A stretch of 64,000 bases of DNA, from contig CAWJWJ010000001.1 of assembly GCA_963846575.1 (NCBI GenBank), positions 640,001-704,000 of the forward strand. The letters are read 5' to 3'. The translations under genes were made by a program, and so were the position numbers. Shown one piece after another: positions 31,026 through 41,706 of this stretch. This DNA is from an uncultured Nitrospiraceae bacterium. Its GTDB lineage: Bacteria; Nitrospirota; Nitrospiria; Nitrospirales; Nitrospiraceae. Each line of letters starts with the position of its first letter. Position 1 is the first letter of the stretch. The notes under the pieces are model-generated. The model ran no database searches and had not been told where the DNA came from. It worked only from the letters and a program-made list of their open reading frames with translations.

Positions 31026-32660
31026 CTAAAACCGTGACCCTGGTAACGTGACATCGGCCCGAGCCCAGGCGGCGCGAAACCGGCTCTCTTCCTGCGCGGC
31101 GTCTTTGTTTTGAGCCCGCAGACTTTGGACGAGTCCCTGCAATGCCCATCCGTTCTCGGGATTGAGGCGCAGGTCCTCCCGATAGACCGCTTCGGCCTCT
31201 CCCGGACGTTGTGCCAGCAGGAGCACCGCCCCCAGACGGTGGCGAACCGGTTGAACCCAGAACGGGGGCTCGCTGTAGGGCAAGGCGGCCTCCAGTTGAA
31301 GCGCCTCGCGCAGGGCCTGAATGCCCGCGTCATACTGACCGCGTCCGGCAGCCAGCTCCCCCACCAGGACCCGCTCGGCCACCTTCAGGATGGCACGGCT
31401 GGTTTTGGCCTCAGCGGTTTTAGCCTTGGCGAATGGCTTCAAGGCTTTTCTGAGGTTCCACAACTCCCCCTCCGCACTCCCGAATCGTGTCGTCCCGACG
31501 AAGGCCAACCCACGCACATAGTGCCAGACGCCCGTGGTAAACCGAAGCCCCTTGGGCGGCGGCGGTTGCCGGATCAACTCATTCCAATGACCGAACCGCG
31601 CCAGCGTCAACATCACCGTAGGGGCATACCATTCCAGGGAGGGTTCCTTGGCCAGCTCTTCGCTGGACACTTTGGTCAGAAGATCCCGCCCGACTTGCAT
31701 GGCCTCCGCACTCCGCCCTTCCATCATCAGGGAGGCATTTAAAAAATGCAGATTGTGCGCATAATATCCTGCCGCATAGTTTCCCTCCAGGGAAGCGTGG
31801 GCCAGGTACTCATGGTCCACCGTCGCCGCCGCGCTGTTCCGTTCAGACGCCTCCCGGTACAGTCCCAGACGCATGTAGATATGCGCCGGCATATGCACGA
31901 GATGTCCCGCGCCGGGCATGAGCGAGGGCAGTCGTTCGGCACAGTCCAAGGCCCGTTGAGGATTTGACGATGCTTCAACGGCGTGGATGTAGTAATGGCA
32001 GGCGCCGGGATGTTCGGGATCCACCCGGATCGCCGTTTCCAGCATCGCCACGAGCTCCTCGGTGCCCGGCTGAGGCCGCCCATCCGTCCGCCAATAGTCC
32101 CAGGGCCGAAGAACCATCAGTGACTCGGCCGCCAAAGTCGCCGCATCCACGTCGTCCGAATACTCTCCAGCCAGACGGCGCATAGCTTTGGCGTACGCCT
32201 CGTCTTTCGCTTTCCGGGTGAGGGAGCGTTTGACTGAATATCTCGAGGCCAGTGCCTCAACGTAAGCGCGCTCCCTTGGAGTCGCTTTCGCTAGACGCGC
32301 GGTGGCCTTGCGCAGGGCTTCCACCGCGCGAGGCTCCTGCTTCGCATCCATGGGCGCATTGATGTTCGGCCCCAGACTCAACGCCACGCCCCAATAGGGC
32401 ATGGGCGCATCAGGATCGAGTCGGGACGCTTCGGTGAAGGCCGAAATGGCTTCCTCATGATTAAAGGCATAGACCAGCCTGAGCCCTTGATCGAAAAACT
32501 TCTGCGCACGGTCGGACCCCGTCGTAATCTCGTGATGCCAGGTACCCAGGTTATCGTACAGCGTCACGGCTGCCCCGACCCGGCCGGCGGAAAGAAGCAC
32601 CGCCAACCCCGTCACCATCATGCCGTGAATCACCACCCTCGCATATGTTCCATTCGCCAT
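31026..32660 (-). CDS. Exported TPR-containing protein
   Basis: Signal peptide, FNHEEA, HYYIHAVE, HLVHMPAHIY and C-terminal TPRs. Confidence 0.88.
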   Translation of the reverse strand: MANGTYARVVIHGMMVTGLAVLLSAGRVGAAVTLYDNLGTWHHEITTGSDRAQKFFDQGLRLVYAFNHEEAISAFTEASRLDPDAPMPYWGVALSLGPNINAPMDAKQEPRAVEALRKATARLAKATPRERAYVEALASRYSVKRSLTRKAKDEAYAKAMRRLAGEYSDDVDAATLAAESLMVLRPWDYWRTDGRPQPGTEELVAMLETAIRVDPEHPGACHYYIHAVEASSNPQRALDCAERLPSLMPGAGHLVHMPAHIYMRLGLYREASERNSAAATVDHEYLAHASLEGNYAAGYYAHNLHFLNASLMMEGRSAEAMQVGRDLLTKVSSEELAKEPSLEWYAPTVMLTLARFGHWNELIRQPPPPKGLRFTTGVWHYVRGLAFVGTTRFGSAEGELWNLRKALKPFAKAKTAEAKTSRAILKVAERVLVGELAAGRGQYDAGIQALREALQLEAALPYSEPPFWVQPVRHRLGAVLLLAQRPGEAEAVYREDLRLNPENGWALQGLVQSLRAQNKDAAQEESRFRAAWARADVTLPGSRF

Positions 32661-32896
32661 CGATCATGCTCCTGATCTGGTTGTCCGGGTGAAGGGAGAA
32701 GAAGGACGGATCCCGACATGCCCGCCACACACGTGGGCACAAATTAACAGTCCTGTCAGGAAGATGCTAGTCGGAAGGGCGCGACTCTGGAGGCCGGGCT
32801 ATGGGCCATTGGCCGCTGCAGATAGGCTCTCCGGCAAGGGCTGGCTGGTGCCCTCTCGGTCAGGACCCCGGATGCCTCCGGGACTCTGAATGACGG

Positions 32897-33598
32897 TTAT
32901 GCGTTGAGAAAGGGGGTTTGGGTTGCTTCGGTCGCAGCGTCCCTGCGATCTCGTGACGATTTCTTATCGCGATACGGAAGCGAACGCGGCGGGACGAGGG
33001 ACAATTCAAGGGCAGGAGGTTCGACGAGTTCCATGTCTTTGCCCATGTACATCAACACTTGCTGTTGAGAGGTCACCAGGGCACGCAAGTCCCGGAGTTG
33101 CGCTGTGAGATCTTCCACTTGCGTCTGTTGGAGGGAAACCTGTTCTCTCAGCTGATCGACTTCGGCTTGAGTGGATCGGGTCTGCTGAAGCACCCACTCC
33201 TTGAGTTCGCGCGCTTGCGCGGTGAATAGACGCTGCACAATTCCCGCCCGGTCACGTAGCCGGAAAATGGCCTCCCCGACCGAACCGTCCCACCGTCGGG
33301 CAGGCACCAACCCATGTTCGGTCCCGGACCCTTCCTCAGCATGTCGCGCCACCGGCGCCCCCAGCCAGTTCGACAGACGCTGTCCCCATGGCTCGACCGC
33401 CCGCTCTTCGGGACGTCCGTGCTGGCACCAGTCCTCAAAACGCTCGGTCAGATCTTCGAGCTTCACGAACACCTTGCCGATCGTCGCGCGCAAAGGTGAC
33501 GGCGCAAAGGGATTGACCCCGCCTTTCCCAGCCTTATCGGGAGCAAGGGTCAGAAGGTTGACCGGCTTTTCCGCTAAACGCTGCTGTTTACGAGTCAT
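32897..33598 (-). CDS. Hypothetical coiled-coil protein
   Basis: 233 aa ORF with a Gln/Leu heptad region. Confidence 0.7.
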   Translation of the reverse strand: MTRKQQRLAEKPVNLLTLAPDKAGKGGVNPFAPSPLRATIGKVFVKLEDLTERFEDWCQHGRPEERAVEPWGQRLSNWLGAPVARHAEEGSGTEHGLVPARRWDGSVGEAIFRLRDRAGIVQRLFTAQARELKEWVLQQTRSTQAEVDQLREQVSLQQTQVEDLTAQLRDLRALVTSQQQVLMYMGKDMELVEPPALELSLVPPRSLPYRDKKSSRDRRDAATEATQTPFLNA

Positions 33599-33744
33599 GG
33601 GACCACGATCCTACCGGTTGAAGTCATTCATTCATTACTCTTTCCGATGGTCCTAGTCAATGGTTAGGCGAAGGGTTTTTTTCCGGCCGACTGGCCGGCA
33701 CTTCAGAGTGAACTGGCTCGCACGATCGGCCGGACGAGAGCGAC

Positions 33745-35091
33745 CTAAAACCGCGTGACGCTGGAGAAGTTGAAATCGTTGAGTCGTAGGGCCGGCACCA
33801 GGGCCTTGCCGGTTTCCGATGTGACCGCTTCGCTGGGCGTCGTGTAGGCGTCCACATGGCTCAAGACGCGCAGCGGGCTGTCGTGAAACCGGAAGTTCCG
33901 CACCGCCGAGACGATTTCGCCGTTCTCGATCAGAAAGGTTCCGTCTCGAGTCATCCCCGTCAGCGTCAGGTCCGAGGGATTGACGGGACGGATGTACCAG
34001 AAATTCGTCACGAGGATACCCCGTTGCGTCGTGCGGACGAGATCCTCCGCGCGCGCGCCGTGCGGGTGTTCGCCGGACAGATAGGGAGACTCCAGTGTCG
34101 TCAGCGGCTCGATACGATGTTCCTGCGCGGTGTAGCGATCGTGGAGCAACTGCGTCAACACACCCGATTCGATCCAGGTCGATCCGATCACGGGGAGGCC
34201 TTCACCGGTAAATCCTGGGCCGAGAAGGTCCACATGGTCAGGCCGGTTCAACAAAGACAATCGCCGGTCTAGAATCCGCATGCCCAACTTTTCGCTGAAG
34301 GGACTCGTCCCTTTGTAAAATGATTTCGCGTCGAGCATCCAGATCATCCAGCTCAACAGACCCGCGACCGCCGCCGGTTCCAGAATGACGGTATAGCGCC
34401 CGGGCGGCAGTTCCTGCGGTTCATCCGCGCTTCGCTTCGCCTTATTGATGGCTGCGAGCGTGCGCTCCTGAACATGCAGGTGATCGATTGAGCGATGGGC
34501 TGCCGCTGACCAACCGGTGGCCTCACCGGCTTGCACCGTCAGGCTGAATCGCGCTTCGGTTCGCTCCTCGTAAGCCGAGAGTCCTGTGTCGGCGGCCAGG
34601 GCCGCGACCGTCAGGCTCGAGGCCACCGTTCCGGCGGCATTCAAATTCTCCATCTTGCATTGCCCGATCGCTTCACGGGCGTAATCGAGCCGCCGGGCGG
34701 GTCCGGCGGCACTCGTTTCGGGCCGTGACGCAGGCGGCAAGAGATACGATTGAGCGCCAACCGGCGGAAGATACTCGGGGTCCTTGGGCGAGAGGCGGGC
34801 GATCCGCTCTGCCTGCGCGAGCGCCTCCCGCACCGCTCCGGCGGTGAAGTCCGTGGTGGTCGCCGTGGCATGTTGTTGGCCGAATGCCACGGTGATGGCC
34901 AGCGTCCCCCGACGCTGATTCACGTTCTGAATTACTTGATTGTTCGCAAAGCGGGTGGTGCCGCCATGGACGTCCCGCAACGACAGGACTGTATGGTCGG
35001 CCGCGGAATGCTTCAGTACCAGATCGGTCAGGAAGTCGAACTCCTGCCGACTCGTCAACTTTGGCCAGGTGGTGGTGATTGCAGAGGTCAT
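33745..35091 (-). CDS. TldE/PmbA family protein
   Basis: TRFANN, PGRYTVILEPAAV, TGMTRDG and NFRF motifs; coupled to tldD. Confidence 0.9.
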   Translation of the reverse strand: MTSAITTTWPKLTSRQEFDFLTDLVLKHSAADHTVLSLRDVHGGTTRFANNQVIQNVNQRRGTLAITVAFGQQHATATTTDFTAGAVREALAQAERIARLSPKDPEYLPPVGAQSYLLPPASRPETSAAGPARRLDYAREAIGQCKMENLNAAGTVASSLTVAALAADTGLSAYEERTEARFSLTVQAGEATGWSAAAHRSIDHLHVQERTLAAINKAKRSADEPQELPPGRYTVILEPAAVAGLLSWMIWMLDAKSFYKGTSPFSEKLGMRILDRRLSLLNRPDHVDLLGPGFTGEGLPVIGSTWIESGVLTQLLHDRYTAQEHRIEPLTTLESPYLSGEHPHGARAEDLVRTTQRGILVTNFWYIRPVNPSDLTLTGMTRDGTFLIENGEIVSAVRNFRFHDSPLRVLSHVDAYTTPSEAVTSETGKALVPALRLNDFNFSSVTRF

Positions 35092-36545
35092 TCCTTGGCT
35101 TGTCCCGTAATCACATCAACCTTACGAAAGCGGGCATGGGAAGCGGCATGGGTCATCCAGCCTGCCTGGCCTGGTTGGCCCTTGCCGCACGTAATAAAAC
35201 CGTACCGACGGCGATAGGTGCGGTCGGCCACCCCGTCGCACCGTCCCCAGAACTCCGGGGTGATGCCGTGATAAATGACATCGCGCAGCATATGCGTCCG
35301 CCGGCCGTTTTCTACCAGCCAGAAGGCATCGCCGCCGAACTGAAAATTGTATCGCCGCTGATCGATGCTGTACGATCCGTGGCCCTCGATATAAATCCCG
35401 CGCTTGACGTCGGCCAGGAGGTCGTCGACCGTTGCACTGCCGGGCTCGAGACCGATGTTCGCGATCCGGACCATCGGGACGCTGCCCCACCCGTCGGCTC
35501 GATTGGACCCCCGTGACCGTTCTTCTTTGATTCTCGGCGCCACCTCACGGTTCGTACAGTACCCCACGAAAATGCCCTCGCGTACGATGTCCCACCGTTG
35601 GCAGCTCACCCCGTCGTCGTCGTACCCCGTGGCTGCGAGCGTGTCCGGTTCGGTATTATCCGCCACCAGATTGACGTGGGATGAGCCGTAGCGGTAAGCG
35701 CCCCGCTTGTCCGGTGTGAGAAAACTTGTGCCGGCATAGTTGGCCTCGTAACCGAGCGCCCGATCCAATTCACTCGGGTGCCCGCAGGACTCGTGCATGG
35801 TCAAGGAAAGGTGTTCGGGATCGAGCACCAGATCGTATCGTCCCGCCTCGACCGCCGGAGCCCGTACCTTCTCGACCGCTTGCTCGGCAATACGCGCACC
35901 CTCCCGGCTGAAGTCCGTTCCTTGAATCAATTCATACCCCATGCGCAGATGCGGGGTGTTAAAGGAACGGCTGGCAAACCGCCCGTCATGGACCGCCGTG
36001 GCGGTGCAATCGCCCTGCATCGCCAGGAGGGTGAACTCTAGATGGGCTCCTTCGGTGGAAACGAACAGCTTACGATCCCGTTGGGCCCACAGACTGGCAT
36101 GGCTCCTGACCACGCCGGCCTGCCGCTGGATGACGTCCATGGTATGCAGGAGCAGCGCGGTCTGCTCTTCCAACGGAACCGCGAAGGGATCGAGACGACA
36201 AGGGGTGACGATCCGGTCCTGATGCACCGGCTCAGGCGCCAGCCGCACCTTCTCGATCGTCAGGGAAGCCGATCCCTTGGCGATTTCCACGGCCAGGTCC
36301 GCCACGCGGGGTACTTCTTCGAGTGACAGGATAGAGCTTGCCGCAAACCCCCAGGCCCCTCGATGCAAGACTCGAATGCCGAAGCCGCGGTCGGACGAGT
36401 CTCGTATGCCGGCAATACGCCGGTCTTCGCCGCTGATCGTACGCGTGGTGGTATCGAGCAACCGGATATCGGCATACTCGACCCCTGCCGAACGTACGCG
36501 GGACAGCGCCAGCTCAGCCAACTCGTCCCAGAGCGGTGCAGTCAT
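35088..36545 (-). CDS. tldD: TldD family metalloprotease
   Basis: HESCGH zinc motif, YDDDG, SIDQRRYNFQF and CGKGQP. Confidence 0.92.
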   Translation of the reverse strand: MTAPLWDELAELALSRVRSAGVEYADIRLLDTTTRTISGEDRRIAGIRDSSDRGFGIRVLHRGAWGFAASSILSLEEVPRVADLAVEIAKGSASLTIEKVRLAPEPVHQDRIVTPCRLDPFAVPLEEQTALLLHTMDVIQRQAGVVRSHASLWAQRDRKLFVSTEGAHLEFTLLAMQGDCTATAVHDGRFASRSFNTPHLRMGYELIQGTDFSREGARIAEQAVEKVRAPAVEAGRYDLVLDPEHLSLTMHESCGHPSELDRALGYEANYAGTSFLTPDKRGAYRYGSSHVNLVADNTEPDTLAATGYDDDGVSCQRWDIVREGIFVGYCTNREVAPRIKEERSRGSNRADGWGSVPMVRIANIGLEPGSATVDDLLADVKRGIYIEGHGSYSIDQRRYNFQFGGDAFWLVENGRRTHMLRDVIYHGITPEFWGRCDGVADRTYRRRYGFITCGKGQPGQAGWMTHAASHARFRKVDVITGQAKE

Positions 36546-36655
36546 ACCATTGCTTTCGTGATGAGAAATCGCGTCGGCATCACAGTCAGTATACCAAGAG
36601 ACACGTGATCGATTCCTGCCTTTTCATCCTCCGTTCGTTCACCTATGATAGCGCC

Positions 36656-36970
36656 ATGCCGCCTCCCGAACGGACTCCCCGCCAGCGGCTCATCGAGCTC
36701 TTGACCGGCACCTTGTTGTCCTCTCACCAACTGGCTCAACTCCTGGGCATTCCGGAACGTCAGGTCGAAGAACACTTGACGCACATTGTGAAAACCATCG
36801 CGCGCGATTCCTCGCGCACGTTTCTCCTCGAACCGTCGGAGTGCCAGGATTGCACCTTTACTTTCCGTGACCGGACGAGGCTCACCCGTCCCAGCCGCTG
36901 CCCATGCTGCCGCAGCGAAGCCATCACCTCCCCCCGTTACGGCATCCGCGAACGCGACACCGGCCGGTAG
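36656..36970 (+). CDS. HTH plus zinc-ribbon transcriptional regulator (COG3357-like)
   Basis: T.RQRLIELL, V.EHL.HI.KT, P..CxxC.F.F and PSRCPxCRSE.I..PR. Confidence 0.82.
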   Translation: MPPPERTPRQRLIELLTGTLLSSHQLAQLLGIPERQVEEHLTHIVKTIARDSSRTFLLEPSECQDCTFTFRDRTRLTRPSRCPCCRSEAITSPRYGIRERDTGR

Positions 36971-37076
36971 CCGCTTGTCCTGCCGCGTTCAATAGCCGCG
37001 CGGTCGCAAATACTCATTCCGTTTGAGAGTCCGTCCCCGGTTTGATACTCTCCTTTCGAAACGCTCACGCTCATCG

Positions 37077-38669
37077 ATGCCGACGCCCCTACCTATGACG
37101 TGGCCCCGATCGCTCTCTCTTCCGTCTCTTGCAGACCTGCGGCACGATGTGCTCGCCTCATTCGTGGTCGTGCTGGTGGCCCTGCCCCTCTGCATGGGCA
37201 TCGCCGTGGCTTCAGGCGTTCCGCCAGGAGAAGGGATTGTCACCGGCATCATCGGAGGACTGGTGGTCGGCCTCCTGGCAGGATGCCCGCTTCAGGTGAG
37301 CGGGCCGGCAGCCGGCCTGACGGTCGTCGTCTGGGAACTGGTCCAGGTGCACGGGCGCGACCACCTCGGGATCATCATCCTCCTGGCCGGCGTCATTCAG
37401 ATTCTTGCCGCCTGGCTGAAGGTGGGACACTGGTTCCGGGCCGTGTCTCCCGCCGTGATTCACGGCATGCTGGCGGGCATCGGCCTGCTCCTCGTCGCCA
37501 GCCAGTTCCATGTCATGATCGACGAGGTTCCGCACAGCGGCGGTCTGGCGAACCTCTCGGCCATTCCAGACTCCATTTCAAAGAGTCTGCTCACCAGCAA
37601 CGATTCTGGCACCAGCCATCACGAAGCGGCCTGGATCGGACTGTTGACGATCACCACGATCGTCGTCTGGACCAGGTTCGCGCCGGCTTCCCTCGGGTTG
37701 ATCCCCGCGATGCTGGTGGGCGTGACGGCGGCGACCGCCGTCGTGGCCCTGTACGATCTGCCGGTCAGCCGTGTGTCGGTCCGCGACAACTTATTGTGGG
37801 TCATCAACTGGCCGCAGGCCAATGACCTCGCGCACCTCCTCGACACCTCCACCTGGGCCAAAGCCCTTGGTCTCGCCTTTATCGCCAGTGTGGAAACGTT
37901 GCTGTCCGCGACCGCCGTCGACCAGCTGCACAGCGGCCCGCGTACCCGTTACAACCGCGAACTGTTCGCCCATGGAATCGGCAACAGCCTCTGCGGTCTG
38001 CTCGGCGTCCTGCCGCTCACGGGGGTGATCGTGCGGAGCTCCGCCAATGTTCAGGCGGGCGGCCGCACCCGCATGGCCACGGTGCTGCATGGCCTGTGGC
38101 TGCTCCTGTTCGTGTCGCTCCTGCCGTTCGTCCTCCGGCTGATCCCGATGGCCAGCCTCGGCGCCGTCCTGGTGTATACCGGGTACAAACTCATGAACGT
38201 CCGGGCCGTGAAAGAACTCCGCCCCCACGGATGGAGTGAAGTGGCGATCTACCTTGCGACCATGGCCGCCATCGTCACTACTAACCTTCTCCTAGGTGTC
38301 CTCGTCGGCCTGGGCCTGGCCGTGGGTAAGCTGCTCTATCGCACTCAAACCCTCCAGACGGCCTACCGCCACGATCCCACGAGCGGAAAACTCACCCTGA
38401 CCCTGTCGGGGGTCGCCACCTTCCTGAGTCTCCCGCGCCTCGCACAAGCGCTTGAACGCACCCCGCCGCTGGCGGAGGTCCATGTGCTGGTGGAGGAACT
38501 GTGGCACATCGACCATGCCTGCTTGAAATTGCTGGAGTCCTGGGAGAAACTGCATGCAGGCACAGGAGGACATGCCGTCATTCCGTGGGAACGACTTCAC
38601 AACCTGGCTGATTGTAAGGGTACCGCCCTCAGACCCCTGGAAAAGCCACCGCACAGGAGCGCCATATGA
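37077..38669 (+). CDS. SulP family anion (possibly bicarbonate) transporter with STAS-like tail
   Basis: LVALPLCMGIA.ASG, QVSGPAAG, ETLLSA and TGVIVRSSAN motifs. Confidence 0.93.
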   Translation: MPTPLPMTWPRSLSLPSLADLRHDVLASFVVVLVALPLCMGIAVASGVPPGEGIVTGIIGGLVVGLLAGCPLQVSGPAAGLTVVVWELVQVHGRDHLGIIILLAGVIQILAAWLKVGHWFRAVSPAVIHGMLAGIGLLLVASQFHVMIDEVPHSGGLANLSAIPDSISKSLLTSNDSGTSHHEAAWIGLLTITTIVVWTRFAPASLGLIPAMLVGVTAATAVVALYDLPVSRVSVRDNLLWVINWPQANDLAHLLDTSTWAKALGLAFIASVETLLSATAVDQLHSGPRTRYNRELFAHGIGNSLCGLLGVLPLTGVIVRSSANVQAGGRTRMATVLHGLWLLLFVSLLPFVLRLIPMASLGAVLVYTGYKLMNVRAVKELRPHGWSEVAIYLATMAAIVTTNLLLGVLVGLGLAVGKLLYRTQTLQTAYRHDPTSGKLTLTLSGVATFLSLPRLAQALERTPPLAEVHVLVEELWHIDHACLKLLESWEKLHAGTGGHAVIPWERLHNLADCKGTALRPLEKPPHRSAI

Positions 38670-38890
38670 GCGGCATCGCGACATGTATCATCCTTGCCCT
38701 CCTGGTCATGGTGTCGGCTTGCGGACCCGACCAAGCGGCGCAACTGCTGGAGACCGCCCAGTTCGAAGAACGCCAGACTAACAAGGAGCACGCCAAGGAA
38801 CTCTACGAAGAAATCGTTCGTCGCTACCCCGACAGTCCCGCCGCACAAACCGCTCGCGCGCGACTCACGCAGCTGACCGACAGACCCTGA
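38666..38890 (+). CDS. Small TPR-like lipoprotein
   Basis: Lipobox VSAC and YEEIVRRYPDSPAA; ATGA overlap with the sulP stop. Confidence 0.78.
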   Translation: MSGIATCIILALLVMVSACGPDQAAQLLETAQFEERQTNKEHAKELYEEIVRRYPDSPAAQTARARLTQLTDRP

Positions 38891-38893
38891 GAC

Positions 38894-39697
38894 TCACTTC
38901 AACCGCCGTGGCCACCAGGGAATAAACGCGTTCGTCGTGCGACGATAGGCCGCATACTCTTCCCCCCGGGTCCTCATGGCCTGCCGCTCGGTCCAGGGGA
39001 TACCGGTGAGTTTTAGCAAGGCCACTCCCATGGCGATCGGGCCGATCAGGGTCACGGCCCAGTTTCCCACCGGTATCGCCATCGCCATCAGCACATAACT
39101 CCACCAGTGCAGCCATTCGAAGAAATAATTGGGATGGCGCGAATAACGCCAGAGACCGATCCGACAGACGCGATCCCTGTTCCAGGACTGGTTGCGGAAC
39201 GCGGCCAGTTGCCGGTCGGCGATGGCCTCTCCGGAGACGGCGACGAACCAAAGCAGAAAACCGGCCAGTTCCCATAAGTGAAAGGGCGGATGGGGGTTCT
39301 GCATCACCACCAGGGGAGGGAGCGAAAACCAGGCGATGGCGGCAGCCTGCAGCTGGAAATACCAAAACAGGTACAGCTGTTCATGATCGCCCCATTGACG
39401 GCGCAGGGCGCGGTACCGCCCGTCTTCCGGTTTATCCCATACCCGGTCGATGAGCACATGCGTGCCAAGGCGAACTGCATAGACGACGACCATCGCGGCG
39501 ACGAGCAACCGCCGGGCCGGTTCTCCCGGGATCAATGCGGCGTACCAGGACACGACCAGAGCCAGTCCGTAACACCAGCCCACATCGGCAACGGCGGCAT
39601 TGCGCATCTTGCGCTGGGCAATCCAGAGGAGGACCATAAGGGCCGCCGACGAAACCCAGCCTGTCACAAGGAGGGAAAGCGCATCCATGGTCGCCAT
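38894..39697 (-). CDS. DUF1295 family membrane protein (steroid 5-alpha-reductase-like)
   Basis: EDGRY, ADRQL, GLWRYSRHPNYFFE and Y..YRRTTNAFIPW motifs. Confidence 0.92.
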   Translation of the reverse strand: MATMDALSLLVTGWVSSAALMVLLWIAQRKMRNAAVADVGWCYGLALVVSWYAALIPGEPARRLLVAAMVVVYAVRLGTHVLIDRVWDKPEDGRYRALRRQWGDHEQLYLFWYFQLQAAAIAWFSLPPLVVMQNPHPPFHLWELAGFLLWFVAVSGEAIADRQLAAFRNQSWNRDRVCRIGLWRYSRHPNYFFEWLHWWSYVLMAMAIPVGNWAVTLIGPIAMGVALLKLTGIPWTERQAMRTRGEEYAAYRRTTNAFIPWWPRRLK

Positions 39698-40104
39698 ACG
39701 ATCAGCCGTTGGGGACGAATAGGGAGTGTCCCCAGTTTACGGAACATGGTCGGTGAATTGTACTATGACGGCCACAGCCCGAGAATGAGGCTGCCGCCGG
39801 ATGCCGCGGCCATCAATGACCGGTTTCTTCGGGACAGTCATGAGACAGTCGGGACAGATTGCAGCAGACGTGCCGTCTTGAACAGGCTCTCCATCGGCAC
39901 GCCGCCTCCTGCGCCGGCTGCCGGTGCGGTACCGATCCGTTCGGAGGCAGGGTATCATATGTGAGGACGGCAGGAGGTCCGGACCCTCGCTCGAGAGGCC
40001 CAACGCACCAGAGATCTCTGTTCCGGTCGCGCATCCGCCCCTCTATCATCTATGGAGCCGCTTGCGTTCACCGAAACGCAGTTGCCAGGAGAAGGAAATG
40101 TCGT

Positions 40105-40923
40105 ATGGGCGTGGATGACCTGATCCGGATCGCCTCGTACCTGTCCGTGTTGGGCGTCATGGCGACATGGGAGCTGTTGGCGCCCCGCCGGATGCCGACC
40201 GCTTCGAGACTCTGCCGGTGGGGCGGCAACCTCACGATCGTGATGCTCAATACGGTCCTCGTCCGGTTGATTCTGGCGGGAGGCATCGTGGCGGTAGCGG
40301 CCATGGCCCAGGAACGGGGCTGGGGCCTGTTGAATTGGCTGGACTGGCCGGGCTGGATCGAAGTCGGGCTGGCGTTGGTGGCGCTCGATCTGATCATCTA
40401 CTGGCAACATCAGGCGTTCCATCTGGTTCCGATCCTCTGGCGGTTTCACATGATGCACCATTCGGACCTCGATCTCGACGTGACGAGCGGGGTGCGGTTC
40501 CATCCGGTGGAAATCGTACTCTCACTGGTGGTGAAGGGGGCGGCGGTGCTTGCGCTGGGGGTGGCCCCGATGGCCGTCGTCGTGTTTGAAATCGTGCTGA
40601 ACAGCACGGCCCTGTTCAACCACAGCAATGTCACCATGCCCCCGGTGGTGGAACCGATCCTCCGGTGGTTCATCGTCACCCCGGACATGCATCGCATCCA
40701 CCATTCGGTGGACCCGCGCGAAACCAACAGCAACTACGGATTCAACGTGCCCTGGTGGGATCGGCTATTCGGAACCTATTGTCCGGAACCGAGGTTGGGA
40801 CAGACGGGCATGACGATCGGACTCGAACACCTCGGCCCGCCGGTCTGCTTGAATCTATTCATGATGCTGCGGTTTCCGTTCGTGACAAGGACTGGACGCT
40901 ACGCCGGCCGCAGCCAGCCGTGA
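40105..40923 (+). CDS. Sterol desaturase / fatty acid hydroxylase family protein
   Basis: His boxes YWQHQAFH, FHMMHH, FNHSN and HRIHH. Confidence 0.93.
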   Translation: MGVDDLIRIASYLSVLGVMATWELLAPRRMPTASRLCRWGGNLTIVMLNTVLVRLILAGGIVAVAAMAQERGWGLLNWLDWPGWIEVGLALVALDLIIYWQHQAFHLVPILWRFHMMHHSDLDLDVTSGVRFHPVEIVLSLVVKGAAVLALGVAPMAVVVFEIVLNSTALFNHSNVTMPPVVEPILRWFIVTPDMHRIHHSVDPRETNSNYGFNVPWWDRLFGTYCPEPRLGQTGMTIGLEHLGPPVCLNLFMMLRFPFVTRTGRYAGRSQP

Positions 40924-41101
40924 TTTCCGGCCGTGATCAATCCCCGGCGTCGCGACATCGTTGCGGAGTTCGAACGGCAGGCCGCTCAATCGGGCACTTC
41001 ACTGGACGGCCATGCTTCTGATTTGCGCTGCCTGACATGGGTCAAGCCGAAGGTGAGACGGCCGGGCATCTCCTTGAAAGACTCTCAGGTGGGAGGACGA
41101 T

Positions 41102-41566
41102 ATGGACCCGAATATCGCGTTGTCACACCTCATCCACAAACAAACGGACGCGGCAGCCAACTTCGCGAAATGGCTGTTTCGGCTGGCCGGCATCGTCGGC
41201 ACTCTCGTGCTGCTCCCGCTCTATTTCATAGAATTCGGGTCGGGGCTAGGGCTGGGCATACCGGTTCCACTCGACCAGCCGGGGTATTTCTACGGCTTCG
41301 TCGGCGTGGCGTTGGCGTGGCAGTTCGTCTTCATCGTCATCGCGCAGGACGTTCGCCGCTACCGGCCGCTGATGTTATGCGGCGTCGCCGAGAAGCTCCT
41401 CTTCGGCCTTGCCATGGTCATCCTCTATACCCAGGGCAGGATTGCCGCGGACCTGGTCAGCGTGGGCGGCTTCGATCTTGCGCTCGGTCTGCTCTTCGCG
41501 ATAGCCTTCCGCGCCACGGGAGGATTGGACCAGCGATTCGATGCCGAGGCGGCCTGGCGGCCCTGA
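41102..41566 (+). CDS. Hypothetical membrane protein
   Basis: GGGAGG SD; four TM segments; YGFVGVALAWQ..RYRPLM..EK. Confidence 0.75.
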   Translation: MDPNIALSHLIHKQTDAAANFAKWLFRLAGIVGTLVLLPLYFIEFGSGLGLGIPVPLDQPGYFYGFVGVALAWQFVFIVIAQDVRRYRPLMLCGVAEKLLFGLAMVILYTQGRIAADLVSVGGFDLALGLLFAIAFRATGGLDQRFDAEAAWRP

Positions 41567-41706
41567 CAGGGGAGCGGACGGACTCATGCCGCTGAGAATT
41601 ACGGCTCTACAGCCCGACGGAAAAGCGGTTCGTCGGATGGAGGCACTCACGATCCCTATGACCCGGGATCGATCATTCCCGGTTCTGACTCGAGGAGGCC
41701 CGATCG

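Noticed and set aside
39737..40049. Short ORFs and a CTGTCCCGA direct repeat between the DUF1295 and desaturase genes
   Set aside because: No convincing SD, motif or frame. A reading with an in-frame TGA resembles nothing I recognise.
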